From: Botryllus schlosseri | Taxonomy: Eukaryota | NCBI GenBank assembly: GCA_051294905.1 | Contig: CM119372.1 | Span: 31,684,001-31,748,000 of the forward strand | Direction: 5' to 3' | Length of the DNA: 64,000 nt | Shown: positions 1 through 12,800 of the stretch, one piece after another | Layout: every line of letters begins with the position of its first letter | Numbering within the stretch: position 1 is the stretch's first letter | Translations under genes and position numbers: made by a program | Notes under the pieces: model-generated | What the model was told of the DNA's origin: nothing | Seen by the model: only the letters and a program-made list of their open reading frames with translations | Database searches by the model: none

Positions 1-1750
1 GACTTCGACCATCGGTTCTATTGTGATTTCAATTTTCATATACTTAATGATTTTTGTTGCTATAAAATATTAATGCGTGAACCTGTTTGCCATCTGGCGT
101 TTTATGTTATTGATATGCATAATATGGTGCGCATTTGGTTATGACTCCTGCACCGTGCCCCGAGATACAAAGTTCATGTGGGGGTTACATTCTTGCGTCT
201 GATTTAATGCGTTGATCTTGGTCTCGTTACATTGCTGAACGAAGGCTAGCCGTTTTAAATCAGAACTGTTTCGGCACCCATCTCTAACACGTCTATAAAA
301 ATATAAAATAAATGGTACACAATAGACCTACTTATTACAGACTCCTTCGTGGGAGACAAGAAACTTCAATATTTTCAAATCGAAGTTGCGCTCCTGATTT
401 GAGTCTCAAATCTAATTCCAGATGCAATCTCCATTACGTGACATGTCCGAATCTGATAGCCTGCTACCCCGAACTCTGCCAGTCGCATAAGAATTTGAAA
501 TTGTTGAAATTAGAAGAAAAAAAAATGTAGCCGACTGCAGTTCGAATTCGGCCAAAATGTCTGAATCCCTTTTTTTTCGATCCTTTCTCATCCCTGGTCC
601 TCAAGCTGGAATACGCTTACAGATGCTGTGCGGTAAATTTGCAATATTGAACCGAGCTCTTGTTCTATCCTTGCAGCTATTATCGATAAGATGAAGCGTT
701 AACCCTTTTATTCTATTGTTTAATCATTGGAATTTCGAACCATCCTCTCTTTATATTTGAATAAAATAGGCCTACAACCCGCACATCATGAACTGTTTAC
801 TAAACCGCCCTGTAACATTGTGACTGACACTCAACACAGTCATACTCTAATATTCTATTTTTCCCGCAACCGCGCATTGCATATCATTTCCGCTTATGTT
901 GCACCTCACACTTACGAATTTTTGTAGTTTGCCGAGTTTTATTTGGGGTTTCTGACTCACCCGTCACATTTGTGACGACTGGATTATTGCTATCATTGTT
1001 TCATTACTGATTGTAGTTGGATTACATATTGCATAGTTCTATTGTGACGTTTGTGTGTTCGTTGCTTGAAAGCATGGTTGCTTGGGCGAAGTTGAAGGAA
1101 TTGTGAAAATCAAAGTGGGTTATTTAGAGGTGGGAGAAGTCCTCTCATATAGGCCTACTTTGACGGTAAATCAACAGTTCTTGATCAAGATAAATGCCAA
1201 ATTATAATATCGCTGTCACGCATTGTTCACATCGCCAAGTCGTGGTGGTTTTATTTGTGAAAGCGATGCAAAATCTTCACAAAAAAAAACTGTGGAGTTG
1301 ATACCAGTCTAAGCCGAGAATATATTTCATCAAGAATACAACATTTTCGCACAGTTCCATCATCGATTCTGTGGGAACTACCAGCTATCCCACCTGGCCC
1401 TTACAACAGCATTCACAAGGATATTGCACAGTGAAAACAGATTGCTCAGTATAGGTGCCGAAATGAGTCTTGTATCAATAACGATTTTGATGTCAAAAGG
1501 ACACGCTAGTCGATGGTCTTCCTGTTGATTTCATATTCAAAGCCTCTACTTGTTCAAAAGCTCCGATATAAATGTGCGTCCTATGCCGTAACACATAATC
1601 GGTTCAAATAGCATGCAGGGAATTGCAATACTGCCATATTAATATGACGAAAGTCAACAAGACAGCTGCCTATCGTTCTTTGACGAGTGATTGCGCAAAT
1701 GCTCATGCTTGCAAAGATGTATCAGCTATTACCATAATATTACTGATTCA

Positions 1751-2518
1751 CTATAAAAGCGGTATCTCAAAGCATTGAAACTGTGCGTTAGACTGTATTG
1801 GGGTTGTTACTGCGATAGGATTTGACTTTTCATTAGAATCGAAAGTGTCAGGTCCGTGAAGTTGCTGCCATAATTTCTCTCTTGTCTGTCCCGGCATAAC
1901 ACCAAGAATGCATTCGCTGACATTTGGCTCGAATAGCTGCCAGGACGCTGAAGTAACAGCATTCGGGTCAGGGGTGTCCTTATCGGCATATTTTTCAGGA
2001 TCCATTTGGGATTCGAGGTGCCGTTCTATATCAGTTTTTTGCCGTTCACAGAAGTATCGAGCATGTTCTTCCCAGTGATTTATACGCAGCCATTCGAGCC
2101 CAAACCGAATTCCTTTATCCAATAGTTCGTACGATGGTATTAATCCGTGCGCAATTTCATGACGAAGTGTTGCAATCCATTGCGGAATACCGATTTCCTC
2201 ACTTCTCATCCGCATTGGCATCGTATGAATTTGTTTCTTCAGCGCTCTTTCCGTAATGAGGCCAAGAAACTGGGATACAGACGTAGCCATACTTAGTTTC
2301 TTCATGTTTTGATTGTCCACTTTCGTGATCATGCATTCCAATATCTGAGAAGTAGACTCAATGGCGACAGGGATCGCGCCTGCGAACCTACACCTCCATA
2401 TGTTGATTATTGTTAGGCCTCGTTTTATTCTTTCCTCGTCACCAGAGAATAGATTGAAATACACATCGTTCCATTCGGATTGGTCCACCCAGCCAACGAA
2501 TTTATCCGGGCCAACCAT
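1751..2518 (-). CDS. LAS1L: LAS1-like HEPN endoribonuclease (pre-rRNA ITS2 processing), short 255-aa form with intronless CDS
   Basis: First ATG of the ORF is at 2518 (the track start at 2557 is TTG). N-terminal Las1 domain pattern (W..EW..VY..LF, IWR.R, IP.AIEST, IPQWIATLRHEIAHGLIP with HEPN RHxxxH motif, L.WL...HW). C-terminal SWQ...ILGVMPGQ resembles the Las1 C-terminal tail (human ...PLGRMPGQ, from memory). Confidence 0.9.
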   Translation of the reverse strand: MVGPDKFVGWVDQSEWNDVYFNLFSGDEERIKRGLTIINIWRCRFAGAIPVAIESTSQILECMITKVDNQNMKKLSMATSVSQFLGLITERALKKQIHTMPMRMRSEEIGIPQWIATLRHEIAHGLIPSYELLDKGIRFGLEWLRINHWEEHARYFCERQKTDIERHLESQMDPEKYADKDTPDPNAVTSASWQLFEPNVSECILGVMPGQTREKLWQQLHGPDTFDSNEKSNPIAVTTPIQSNAQFQCFEIPLL

Positions 2519-3865
2519 ACTGGCTCTTGTTATGTGTCTCCGCTGCCAGATAAACAAAACAATGATTAAACTCTGGCGTTAGATGACGGCACGACGATTA
2601 ACCTCGACACGCCACAATGTATATAAACTCAAGTAACGTGCTAGAAGCTACGACATGGTAAATTGGTCATATGAAAATACGAACGGAGTGAAATGCAAAC
2701 CTGCTACGCTCTCCTGCAACAACATTTGACTATCGAATGTTAGCACGTCTGCATCATCCCCCCACTGATCAATCTTCATAAAACAAAACAAAACTATACC
2801 ACTCACAGGCAATCTCACATGTTACATTTCTTGCCGCTAGGTGATATTCATAAGCTGACAAGAAACATGCTGAATATACCTAGCACATTACGTCCTCTTT
2901 CAAGAGGATTTGTCTATAGATTACTAATCTACGGTTTTACTCCGCTATTACAAGTCGGAAAATTTTGACCAGTACCGACTTGACATGGGATTGAAAAATA
3001 GCATGTCCCATATGAGGATAGAAATAGATAGATTGAGTTTTTATTTTTCATCCAACCAAAATTGATCGGTTCGTAGCTTGATTGATTCACTGTCAGTTAC
3101 CCATATCAAGGTAAGGAAAGGACGCGACTTATTTTTGTCATTGATGTTTTTGCGGCATATACACCGACTCATGATATACATACACACGATCCGCTGGACA
3201 AGGAAGGTGCAGAGGTGCAGATAATAGCCTTGTACGGCTTTCTTTCCGGACGCTTCACCATTACGCTATCTTGTCGGTCTGCTACACGTTTAATCAACGT
3301 TTTATTAGCTACACGTTTAATTGAATTTTTGCATGTCACATACGATATTCGCCTATCGAAATCAATAAAATTTACTGAATGGACTCTGTCTTTGGCGATA
3401 TATATTTTTTTGTGGGAAAAATGAAGAAAGAAAGATTGCAGCATCGTTTCGCATGAGATGTTCTAGCAGAGCAACTGATTTGTGCCAAAAGACAAACTTG
3501 TTACTTGATGCCGTTGCTTCGCGAAAGTTTGAAAGATTGTGGAGTTCCTTTTGTGAGTTACAGTGGCAAGTACTGGCGGATTAGATGATCGACCGTAGAC
3601 AGACGCTGCCCGGAGCTGGCATACGTTGAACTGAGCCATCTGGATTCAAGATATATGTGTTTGAACAGTGTAACGATGGTTTTAAACATTGTTTACCTTA
3701 ATGCCCATGTTGCCCACAGCGTCGTGAAATTCTATTCTACTTATTATTTACAGTCGCAGTGTAGAATATCTTGTGCCACATGTTTGTATAATTTTTCCAG
3801 CATTTCCGTCTTAGATCTCTGATAGACCATTACAGTGCACCTGGAAGAATATATCGATAGCAAAC
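2519..3865. promoter_or_regulatory. Shared divergent (head-to-head) LAS1/ERMP1 upstream region with probable 5'UTR exons
   Basis: Start codons are 1.35 kb apart on opposite strands. Candidate LAS1 5'UTR intron 2543-2806 (gtgagt...tttgtttatctggcag on minus); candidate ERMP1 UTR donor caag|gtaagg at 3111. Confidence 0.45.
3117..3278 (-). mobile_element. Internally deleted copy of the tRNA-derived SINE found in ERMP1 intron 13
   Basis: Three blocks match 21931-22006, 24551-24595 and 25806-25838 in the same order. Confidence 0.75.
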
Positions 3866-3896
3866 ATGGAAGTACGGAGAAGAAAACCTCAGAAAG
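3866..3896 (+). CDS. ERMP1: ERMP1 coding exon 1 ([10 protein letters not shown])
   Basis: caaacATGG start context; phase-1 donor at 3897 (alternative in-phase donor at 3903) joins exon 2 in frame. Confidence 0.6.
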
Positions 3897-6800
3897 GTAT
3901 AGGTAACACACTTGCATTTACAAATGTTGCTGGATAGGATAGGTGCGGTGCTATAGCCATTTTTTGTGAAATCTGAATTATCTTTCCGATATTCACTCGC
4001 AATGAACAAGATATGAAAATTATTTCTCATTTTTTGATGTTAGCAAGAAAATTTACAACTTCTCATATGGTTAAGCCTTAGATTTTCAGCTCTATGATTA
4101 TATATCATTCATATTGAATTTGACTCAAATACTTTTGGCTGACACTCGTGACACTAGTAGAGAATTTGAAGGAACATTGTAGCGGTTAGTCTATATCCAC
4201 AATCGTATCAGAAAATTAAATCAATGTATTTTGTCAAGATAAACATCCTTCTCATGATCACTCTCATCGACCGTCGCACCGCCCGAATCTGGGAAGTCAA
4301 GTTTCATGTCTTTCATGGATGTTCCTGTTAGCGATGTTCTACTTCTCAACTGTATCGTTCAATATACTTGCGAACAATCATCTGCCTTCTCCGAAATCAT
4401 CTGCTTCTTCGAATCCCGAAGAGTTTACGGAAGAGAATGCCAGGTACAGATTTCGATTTTATACTGGGGTTGAATCGAATTATGTTTTTCGTAATGAATG
4501 CACAGTTGCACACTAGGGTTATGACTAAAAAAAAATCTGCCTGTAGCAGGAATTAATGAACATTTTGGTGTAAATTATTAAAATTATAATCATTTTGTTC
4601 AAATCAAAAAAATGTCCCGCACAAATTAACTTCAATTTTTGACACTCGTCCAAATATAGAAAAAATTTACAATTTAAAGGTATTCTTTGCTACAAATTTA
4701 ATCTTCATATGTCCGTTTGCACTTCTGGTAAAGTTCATCCATCAATCTGACTTCCCTTTCTGTTATTATGTTAGTGTCAGCGACATCTACAACAGACATA
4801 TCCGACTGCCAATGGGATTTCAAGGCACTTTATCGCTGCAGGACATTCGATCGCAAAGATAGCAGCAAACAAACTTTGGTATACTCTCGAGCTCGACCGA
4901 TATTGAATTTCTTGGTCGGTACCGATATCTCACACCTTGACCGAGAACCCCAATACATTCAGACGATATTCAAAAGAAGTTGGATATACATAAGCACATT
5001 TTCAAAGCTTCAGAGCATTTATTTGAACAGCTTCACAGCTATTGTAATTCTTGAACATGAAATAAACTAGAAAAGCTACATCTGGACACCTGTTAAGTGT
5101 AAGCTATGTTACATATACCAATATTCTCAGTCTATAGCTGTCAAAGATGATAGTTTTGTGACTTCTTACCGCAATGTTGTAACGTCACGAAAATTGCCGA
5201 TAATTTTTCAGCTTCAATGGCCGATGGCGATAATTCGTTCAAAGTGGGATATCGTCCCGATATTATCGGCGAACCGATAATAGGTCGGGTTCCAGTATAT
5301 GCCATCTATAGACATCTGGTTAGAATACCAGGCTTCCTGACACGCATTTGTGATGAATAAGCATGATATCTCAAGAGTTACTCTCCATCTGGGGACTTGG
5401 AAGTACGGAATTTACCCTTGAGCTCCATCTCGCATTGCGTAGAGATGGAGGTTTATGCTATTTGATGGGTGGTAATCTACTATTTTCTCTGCAAGAGCGG
5501 CCTGCTCTGCACAGCACATAGATAAACTTAAAATCATCATTCCATCCTCGGTTTTTTAATATTTTCATTTGAAATTATGGCTTGGTGGATTGTACCAAGT
5601 TTCCGTAGTGTTTTACCATATCATCTCCGAATTTGTAGCTGAGAGTTGGATCTGTTGAGGATGTTGGATTGAAGAAGTCCGACATATGCTTTAAGAATCG
5701 ATAATATTATGGTGGCAACCAATGTATTGTGATTTATGAAAAACCTTGCTCATCATTGTAATTTGCAGTTTCACAACGACTTTCCGCCGCCCAGTTTCAC
5801 CAGATACTGCTGAGTCACATATGATTTATGGCATTTTCAAATTATCATATTCCTCGAATTGGTTTTCTAGACCGCTGAAAATATGTTGAGTTGTTCTACT
5901 TTCGCCTTTTCGAACAGCCAATTGGATTTGTGTCAGACAAATTGAAATTATACGATATATATAGTCTACATCTAAAATCGAAATTAATAATTATTTATTA
6001 ATTATTTAATTTTGTCTGTAAGCAAGAAAACGATCGGATTAATTCAATCTCGGCAATCACAATTTACCGAAATACTATTTTAAATCTTCGTAATTGGAAT
6101 TGTGTCAGTTAAATTCAAATAAGTCAGTATATATATTATAGGCTATAGTCTGTATCTACAAAAAAAGCCTATCCTTTCATACAGTGAAAACTGGAAAATT
6201 TTTGTGCGGGAGGTTTTTGTTTAACCAGTCTTCACAGTTGTTAATTTTGAAATCAGGACACAAAAGTTCATCGTTTGTGACTACAGGACACACAAAATTT
6301 TGAATTTTTTTTCTAGTCATAACCCTATTGCACACCTGATGCGAAGTGGGATGTTTGAAAAATAATAAATTAGCTCCAATGTGCTGTAGAATTTGCTTGA
6401 ATTTTTGTCGTGACGTAATAATGGACCTATATAAATTGAGCCTTCTGTATCATCCATACAGTTAAGACGCCATATTGAGGGATACTCAGATCACCTACTT
6501 GATTTTGCGCAGTCCTGGTAATGAGCGAAAGAGATGCATCTAGGGACTTGGTGTAGCAAAGACCCTGGCTATAGCGACAGATTTTTAAACAATTAAAGCA
6601 AGTGCTGATTATTATATTCGAGTTTTTCATAATTTTACGGAATAAAGATTGGCCTACCTTGTCAAATACGGAATGTTGTGTGTCCATCTTCCAAATTGCA
6701 CTTGAACCTCCTCTGGGATTCAGATCAGGGAGACTGATACTGCAATTTCAATTAGTAATTTGATGTTCAGTTGTCACATGTAGTGTCCGTTAGGTATTTA

Positions 6801-9800
6801 TTTTTGGGAGCTGCTGTACCAGGTTTAAAGGCATTGACTCCAGTTGGGCGAAATGCCTGCTATGTAGGATTAGCAGTTGCCATAAATGTCCTCATTTAGG
6901 AGGATTTGTCCTCCATTTTCTGGAAATCAAAAATGTCCTAGGAGGACCCCTTAATGTCCTCTTTATTGGGACTTCGTCCTTCTTTGGAGCTTTGAAAAGG
7001 CTAATGGACATGCACAACTACAAAAACGCCATAGATGACGCGAAATCTGCAATGTGGATGTGCTTTCTATGTGCAAATTACATGGTAGGCCTGGTATAGA
7101 TCACAGGTCATTACTTCCACAGTAGCTGTCGTTTTCAGGTACCAACGCAGAGTTGGGATGGCACTTTCTGTTATTCTGTAAATTTGGGCAAGTCTAATCG
7201 TGCGTAAAACCTTGGTGTACTCAAATCATTGCTTGGAATGCACGCAGACTGGCAATTATAAACATAATAGGCCTAGTAAATAGGACTAGGGACTGATGCA
7301 AGTGCAAGTGTTTCATAATGACATTGTGCCATTAGGCTATTGGCTATTGTGACTAACTTCAGCTTCATTGACCAACCTTGGAATGCTTACGATATCGTAA
7401 CGGCCTGCACTGTTTTCATTGCTTCTGGGATAAGGGCAAGTAAGAAAACATATGGCGCATAAAACGGAAGGAAGTCATATTGTTGTACATCAATGCAATG
7501 TTTCTTCTGAACAGCGCATTAAACAAGCATTTGTTTCCATTCATCTATTCCTTCCTTTCCGAGGTCTTGATATTTTACTTACCGGTACATTTAACTAATG
7601 GAGGTAGGATACTTTGCGTGTTTCCTAATTTTAGTTTCAATAACGTCGACAAGTTAGTAGGAAATACCTGGAAAATAAGAGGTATTCTTGAGTAATTTGA
7701 ATCAAAATATAATTTTGGAAATCCCAGATTTTAGGCACATTCAGCGTTGTCCCGTGACACAGATGTGAACGAAAGATTCGCTGAGATTTTATGGAAAATT
7801 CCGCTCCATGGGTAGGCTATAATCGTTCTGAGAGGGTGTCGACCAACTAGCAAGATTCACTTGAAGTACATTCAAATTCGGTAGGCTACAATCTTTTTCA
7901 AGTATCAATTGCATTGAATCGTGTCAAGTAGTAGAGTTATTTTATCATCGTGAAATAGGTTTGATAATTTGTTCATATGTAACTACAGTTCGAATATGGT
8001 CATTTTCTGAATAAAATGACTGCTGCCTATGAATTGCGCTACATATGTTAACACATCATATTTAGAACGCAGTGCCCCTTTGAAGGAGGCAAGCTATCTG
8101 TCATATCTACTTTTTGACTCTACTCAATACTTTCATGACCTTCTTTTGTACTTGCACTGGAAGTAGTTTGGAAATGCTTGGAAATCTCTAATTCTACTTG
8201 TAATTGAGTAGAAATTTCTGGGGTTACCTCTCCTACATGAGTAGGCCTACTAAGTTTGACCTCCTCTGGGATATACGATAATTATCGTTAATATTTAGTA
8301 CCGTAGTTGCTAACATTCTCAGATTCCATTTGGACCATTTCATGAACATGGGTTCACGAGTCGCTGGATCGTATCAAAATGATATTCTCGCTCACGACTA
8401 CATAAAGGACACAGTAGAGAAGATCAGGTCATCCACCAAAACAACGAAGAAGATCGAATTAGATATCCAAAGGCCGACGGTATAAAATTGTCTTTCGATC
8501 CCGTTAAGATTGATTCTGGGCCACCGTTTGCTGCGTGCTGCAGAAAAAATCTTGAAATTGTGTGGCTGCATTTTTGACAGCAAATCTTTAATTACCCTTA
8601 TACACGTCATACGGAGATGGAGGTATGTAAAATTTCAAATCGACACTGTGTGGTTATAATATGAGATGTATAACTTCCGATTTTCGTAAGGATTTCGGTG
8701 AAGAAAAAATTCAATTCTGTCAACAAAAATTTATTTTACGCTTGACCAAATGTGATGACATAGTATCAATAATTAGGCTTCGAAATCTATAGATGTTTGA
8801 AGTGTTGGTAGTCTAAAAGAAAAACCCGGATTTGGCAGAATAAACAAGTCGAAAATTAGACCACTTGGTTAACGGAAGTAGGTTTATGGATTTGCAGCTG
8901 GCCTAATAAAAAAGCATGGAGTCAGGAGTATAACCTACGATAAAACCAACTCAGCATTTTAGGTACGGCACTGCAATATACATTGGCTTCATACAGCTTT
9001 TGATGGACTGCGAAATGACGTTATTCAACACGTGACATTTTTATACAGGGATCGTTTTACATGCCACACCACGACGACTTCATGAGCGTCTACTCCAATG
9101 TGACAAACACAGTCGTGAAAGTGACATCATCGCAATCCGATGACAATGCTCTACTTCTGAATTGTCACACCGACTCTGTGTCGAATGCACCAGGTATGCG
9201 TATTAACCTATTAATATGGAACTTTCTTTGAGCTTGTAGGTGCCAGCCCCAGCCAGACATGAATTATTTTCTGGAACTTGTAGGTTGTTCCTGGTTTATA
9301 TGCAATACACTCAGTTCTTTCTGGCCTGCTAGAGGCATTGTTAGACCCTTGCACATCAGATCATTTGTCATCGCCATTCAACTGAATTGATGGGCACGCC
9401 ATTTATTTTCCCGATCAAAAGGGCAAATACCGGTATTTAAAATTGAAACATATATTTTCAAAATCGACAATCACGACATTCGCGAGACGGGAAGTAATGG
9501 TCCGTGTATTTTTGGGTGAACTGATATGCTCACAATACGAACTGATACTTCCAAATACAATGTCTCCTTTTATGAATCACTTCTCTTGAATGGAATAGCT
9601 ACCCTAAATGACTTGACTTGAATTGACTCAGATTTGACTTATGAAAATGATGGGATCATTTGCGAATCAGAGATCAATGTTTGAGTCGATTGAAAGAAAA
9701 TTTTCATGAAAACGTGTGAATTAGCGTTTGTATCACTTTCTGTTTTCTAGTAGTTTTGCCATGTCTTGGAAATTGCTACTACTGGGCGACTTTTTTGTAA

Positions 9801-12800
9801 TGGATTAAAAATTTATGGCACCAGTTCTACTTGAGTAGCAACTCTGACTTATTTGACCACTTCTGCATTCGGCACAGTGATGAAAATTCAAAATTTTTCA
9901 ACCCCTGTCTATTATTTGTCTGCTGCTATTACTACTACTAAATCATTGGATTTATGCAGATAATGTAGCCGATTCATACATGGTAGCCTATTATGTGGAC
10001 CTACTTGAACCAATACTGTACAATCCTTTCTTCTGTACTGTTCTGCTTGTATCATTTCCTATCTTTTCTATTGTGTTCATCTATGCTTGACAAAACAGAC
10101 AAGTTCCAAATGACATGGCACCTTGTCCGATGTTTTGCATTATGTGGAAATGCAGCTGCCTATTGTGGTGAGGGAAGCTTTGTTTTTGTTGGCTTGTGGC
10201 CATACGATGGCCTGTTAGAGGAGCCTACTGTGGTCTCAGTATGTGTTTGTGCACTGGCTCTATACATAATGCTTTCCAAAATCGTTTTAGACTAAGATTT
10301 GAGGAGCTTCTTGGAGGTACAGAACTTCAATATACAATCGAGTTCCACATCAGCTAAAATTCTATCGGTCCATTGAAATTGAAAGGTGATTTCATTTTCG
10401 AAACCAATTCATAAATCCATTATCGTGAATTTGATTCCAATTGTAAATCTTGTTTGCCGTGTTCGACTGCAATGCAAGTCCCGTATCTGACAACTCGCAC
10501 TATATTGGCATTGTATTTACATCCAAATTCATGACCTACATGGCCAGTTGGACGCATCTGGTAAACTTCACTCTCTATTATCATTGGAATTAAAAACATA
10601 ACTGCAATTCCATATTAGGGTGGAGTGAAAAATGGAAAATTTTGAGTTTCAAAACGGACACTTGATATGTGGTGCCAAATTGAAAAAAAATAACTTCAAT
10701 GATAATTTTGGGTTCGTGCAACCTCTAGTGGTCGTGCAATTTCACCGAACGAGCCATAAATAGGTAATTTCGCTATATATTGATACCTGCTTACAATAGA
10801 AAGCAGATTTTGGGCTTAAAAGATCCAGAAGCAGCAAGTTTCTATCTCACTTCCACAGAACATTGTCTTAAAAATGAACTGAAAGAAAAGTTACAGGCAA
10901 ATTATTGATTTTTAGACCATTGCTAGGTAAAATTAGGCACTGAAGCAGTGGGTACGATGCAAAAAGCGTGTGGTGATTGATCTTATAACTGACAACTCCA
11001 TATTAAAAGCACATAAATTGCAAATCCATATTGAGAACACAACAGCATCAATTCTATATTGAAAAAAGATACATTTTTAAGATGGTTTCACTACCGGAGT
11101 ATTAGTCTGCACAAACTTTAAAATCTTGTTTCGTATTAAAGGATTTCATATGGTTTAGAGACTCCAGTTTTTGTCTGATGAGACCATCTCTACGTTTAAA
11201 TCTCGACACATGGACAGATTCTTCGGTCACCACTTTCAAGTGTCTTTCCACTGCCTGGTTGTGGCAAGGATGGTTGAGCCTGATTATGACCTTAGATTTT
11301 CCAGTTCGAGATCTAACCAGCTTTTGATTGCTGGTGGCTGTTCCATATCTTTTAGATTCAAGTTGACAATTTGATGGAATGATTTGGCCTAGATGTTTAT
11401 AATTGGTATTTTGAACAATCTGATGCTTGTGTCAATGTTGTTTTTAGGTTTCGGTTCATTAATATATTCTCCTTCAAAGTCGTCAGCTGGTTTCTGGTGT
11501 TCCGTGTTTGATTTGCGCATCGTTGTAATCTTGTTAATTGCAAGTCTTCTGAGACCTTCATTATCATTACCGAGCATCTCCAGCAAAACATTTCTGGTAA
11601 TAATATATAGCGAAATTGGCCAATTTTGGCTCGGTGCAATTGCACGGCCACTAGAGGGTGCATGAGCCTAAAATTATTATAGAATTTTTTTTTGATATTT
11701 GGTACCACATATCAAGTGTCCATTTTGGAATGCAAAATTTTCCATTTTTCACTCCACCCTAATATCAAAATATGGGTTCGTAAAGCTATATCTAAATTCG
11801 AAGCTTTTCTTACAAAGTTCATGATTTTAAAACTAGCCGACTATTTTGAAATCTGTTGCTCTCTCAGATGTAAATCCACACTAATCTCTACCACAGGCGC
11901 AAGCGATGATGCAGTCGCCTGTTCAATTCTGCTTGAAATTCTCCGCGCAATAGCGGCCGATAAGAAGCCGCTGCTACATCCTCTCATCCTGCTTTTCAAC
12001 GGAGCAGAGGAAACGATATTGCAGGCCAGTCATGGTTTTATAACCCAACACAAATGGGTGGATGAGGTGAGACTACGCTCTATTTGTTCCTTAGGAGTAG
12101 GCCTACTCAAGCATTAGTTTTAACCAATGCATGCTTCCATCAGATCCTGTTGCCTTTGGTTATTCTGGGTTAGTTTCGATGTATCTGGAAATTTTGAAGG
12201 ATGCCACCTGTCTACAATTTTGTACAAGTAATGCAAGCACATATCAAAACGACTTTTTACTTGCAACATAAAAAGTAACTAGTTTTGGCAAATAAACTCA
12301 AGTGGAAGTGGTAGTAGTCTGGAAACTTATCACTCAAATATGTAGTACAAGCAGAGAAAACCTACACTACTATAGTACTTCGACAAAGTAGAATGTCGTT
12401 AATGAATCTTTAAACTACCTTTGATGTCGATAAACCTTTACCACTCCTTTCTGTTTGTTTCAGATTAAAGCCTTCATCAATTTGGAAGCGGCTGGTGCGG
12501 GAGGAAAAGAATTCCTATTCCAGACCGGTCCTAGCAACCCGTGGCTTGCTTGGGCTTGGGCGAACCACGCCCCGTACCCGCACGGCTCATCTGTTGGACA
12601 GGACCTGTTTCAAAGCGGTGTAATACCTTCCGATACGGACTTCAGGTACATCTCAATGTACTCGGCATTGGGCTAATCTGAATAGAAGTAATTGCATTTC
12701 TACTCCATTGAAATTAGAATTGGCAATTTCCAAAACCTGGACAAACCACTTCAAGTAGAAGTAGACAATGAAATATCTGAAGTCGGGTAGTCTCAAAAAG

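Noticed and set aside
2519..2557. N-terminal extension MFIWQRRHITRAS of the LAS1 ORF
   Set aside because: Starts at TTG and overlaps a probable splice acceptor; ATG at 2518 is preferred
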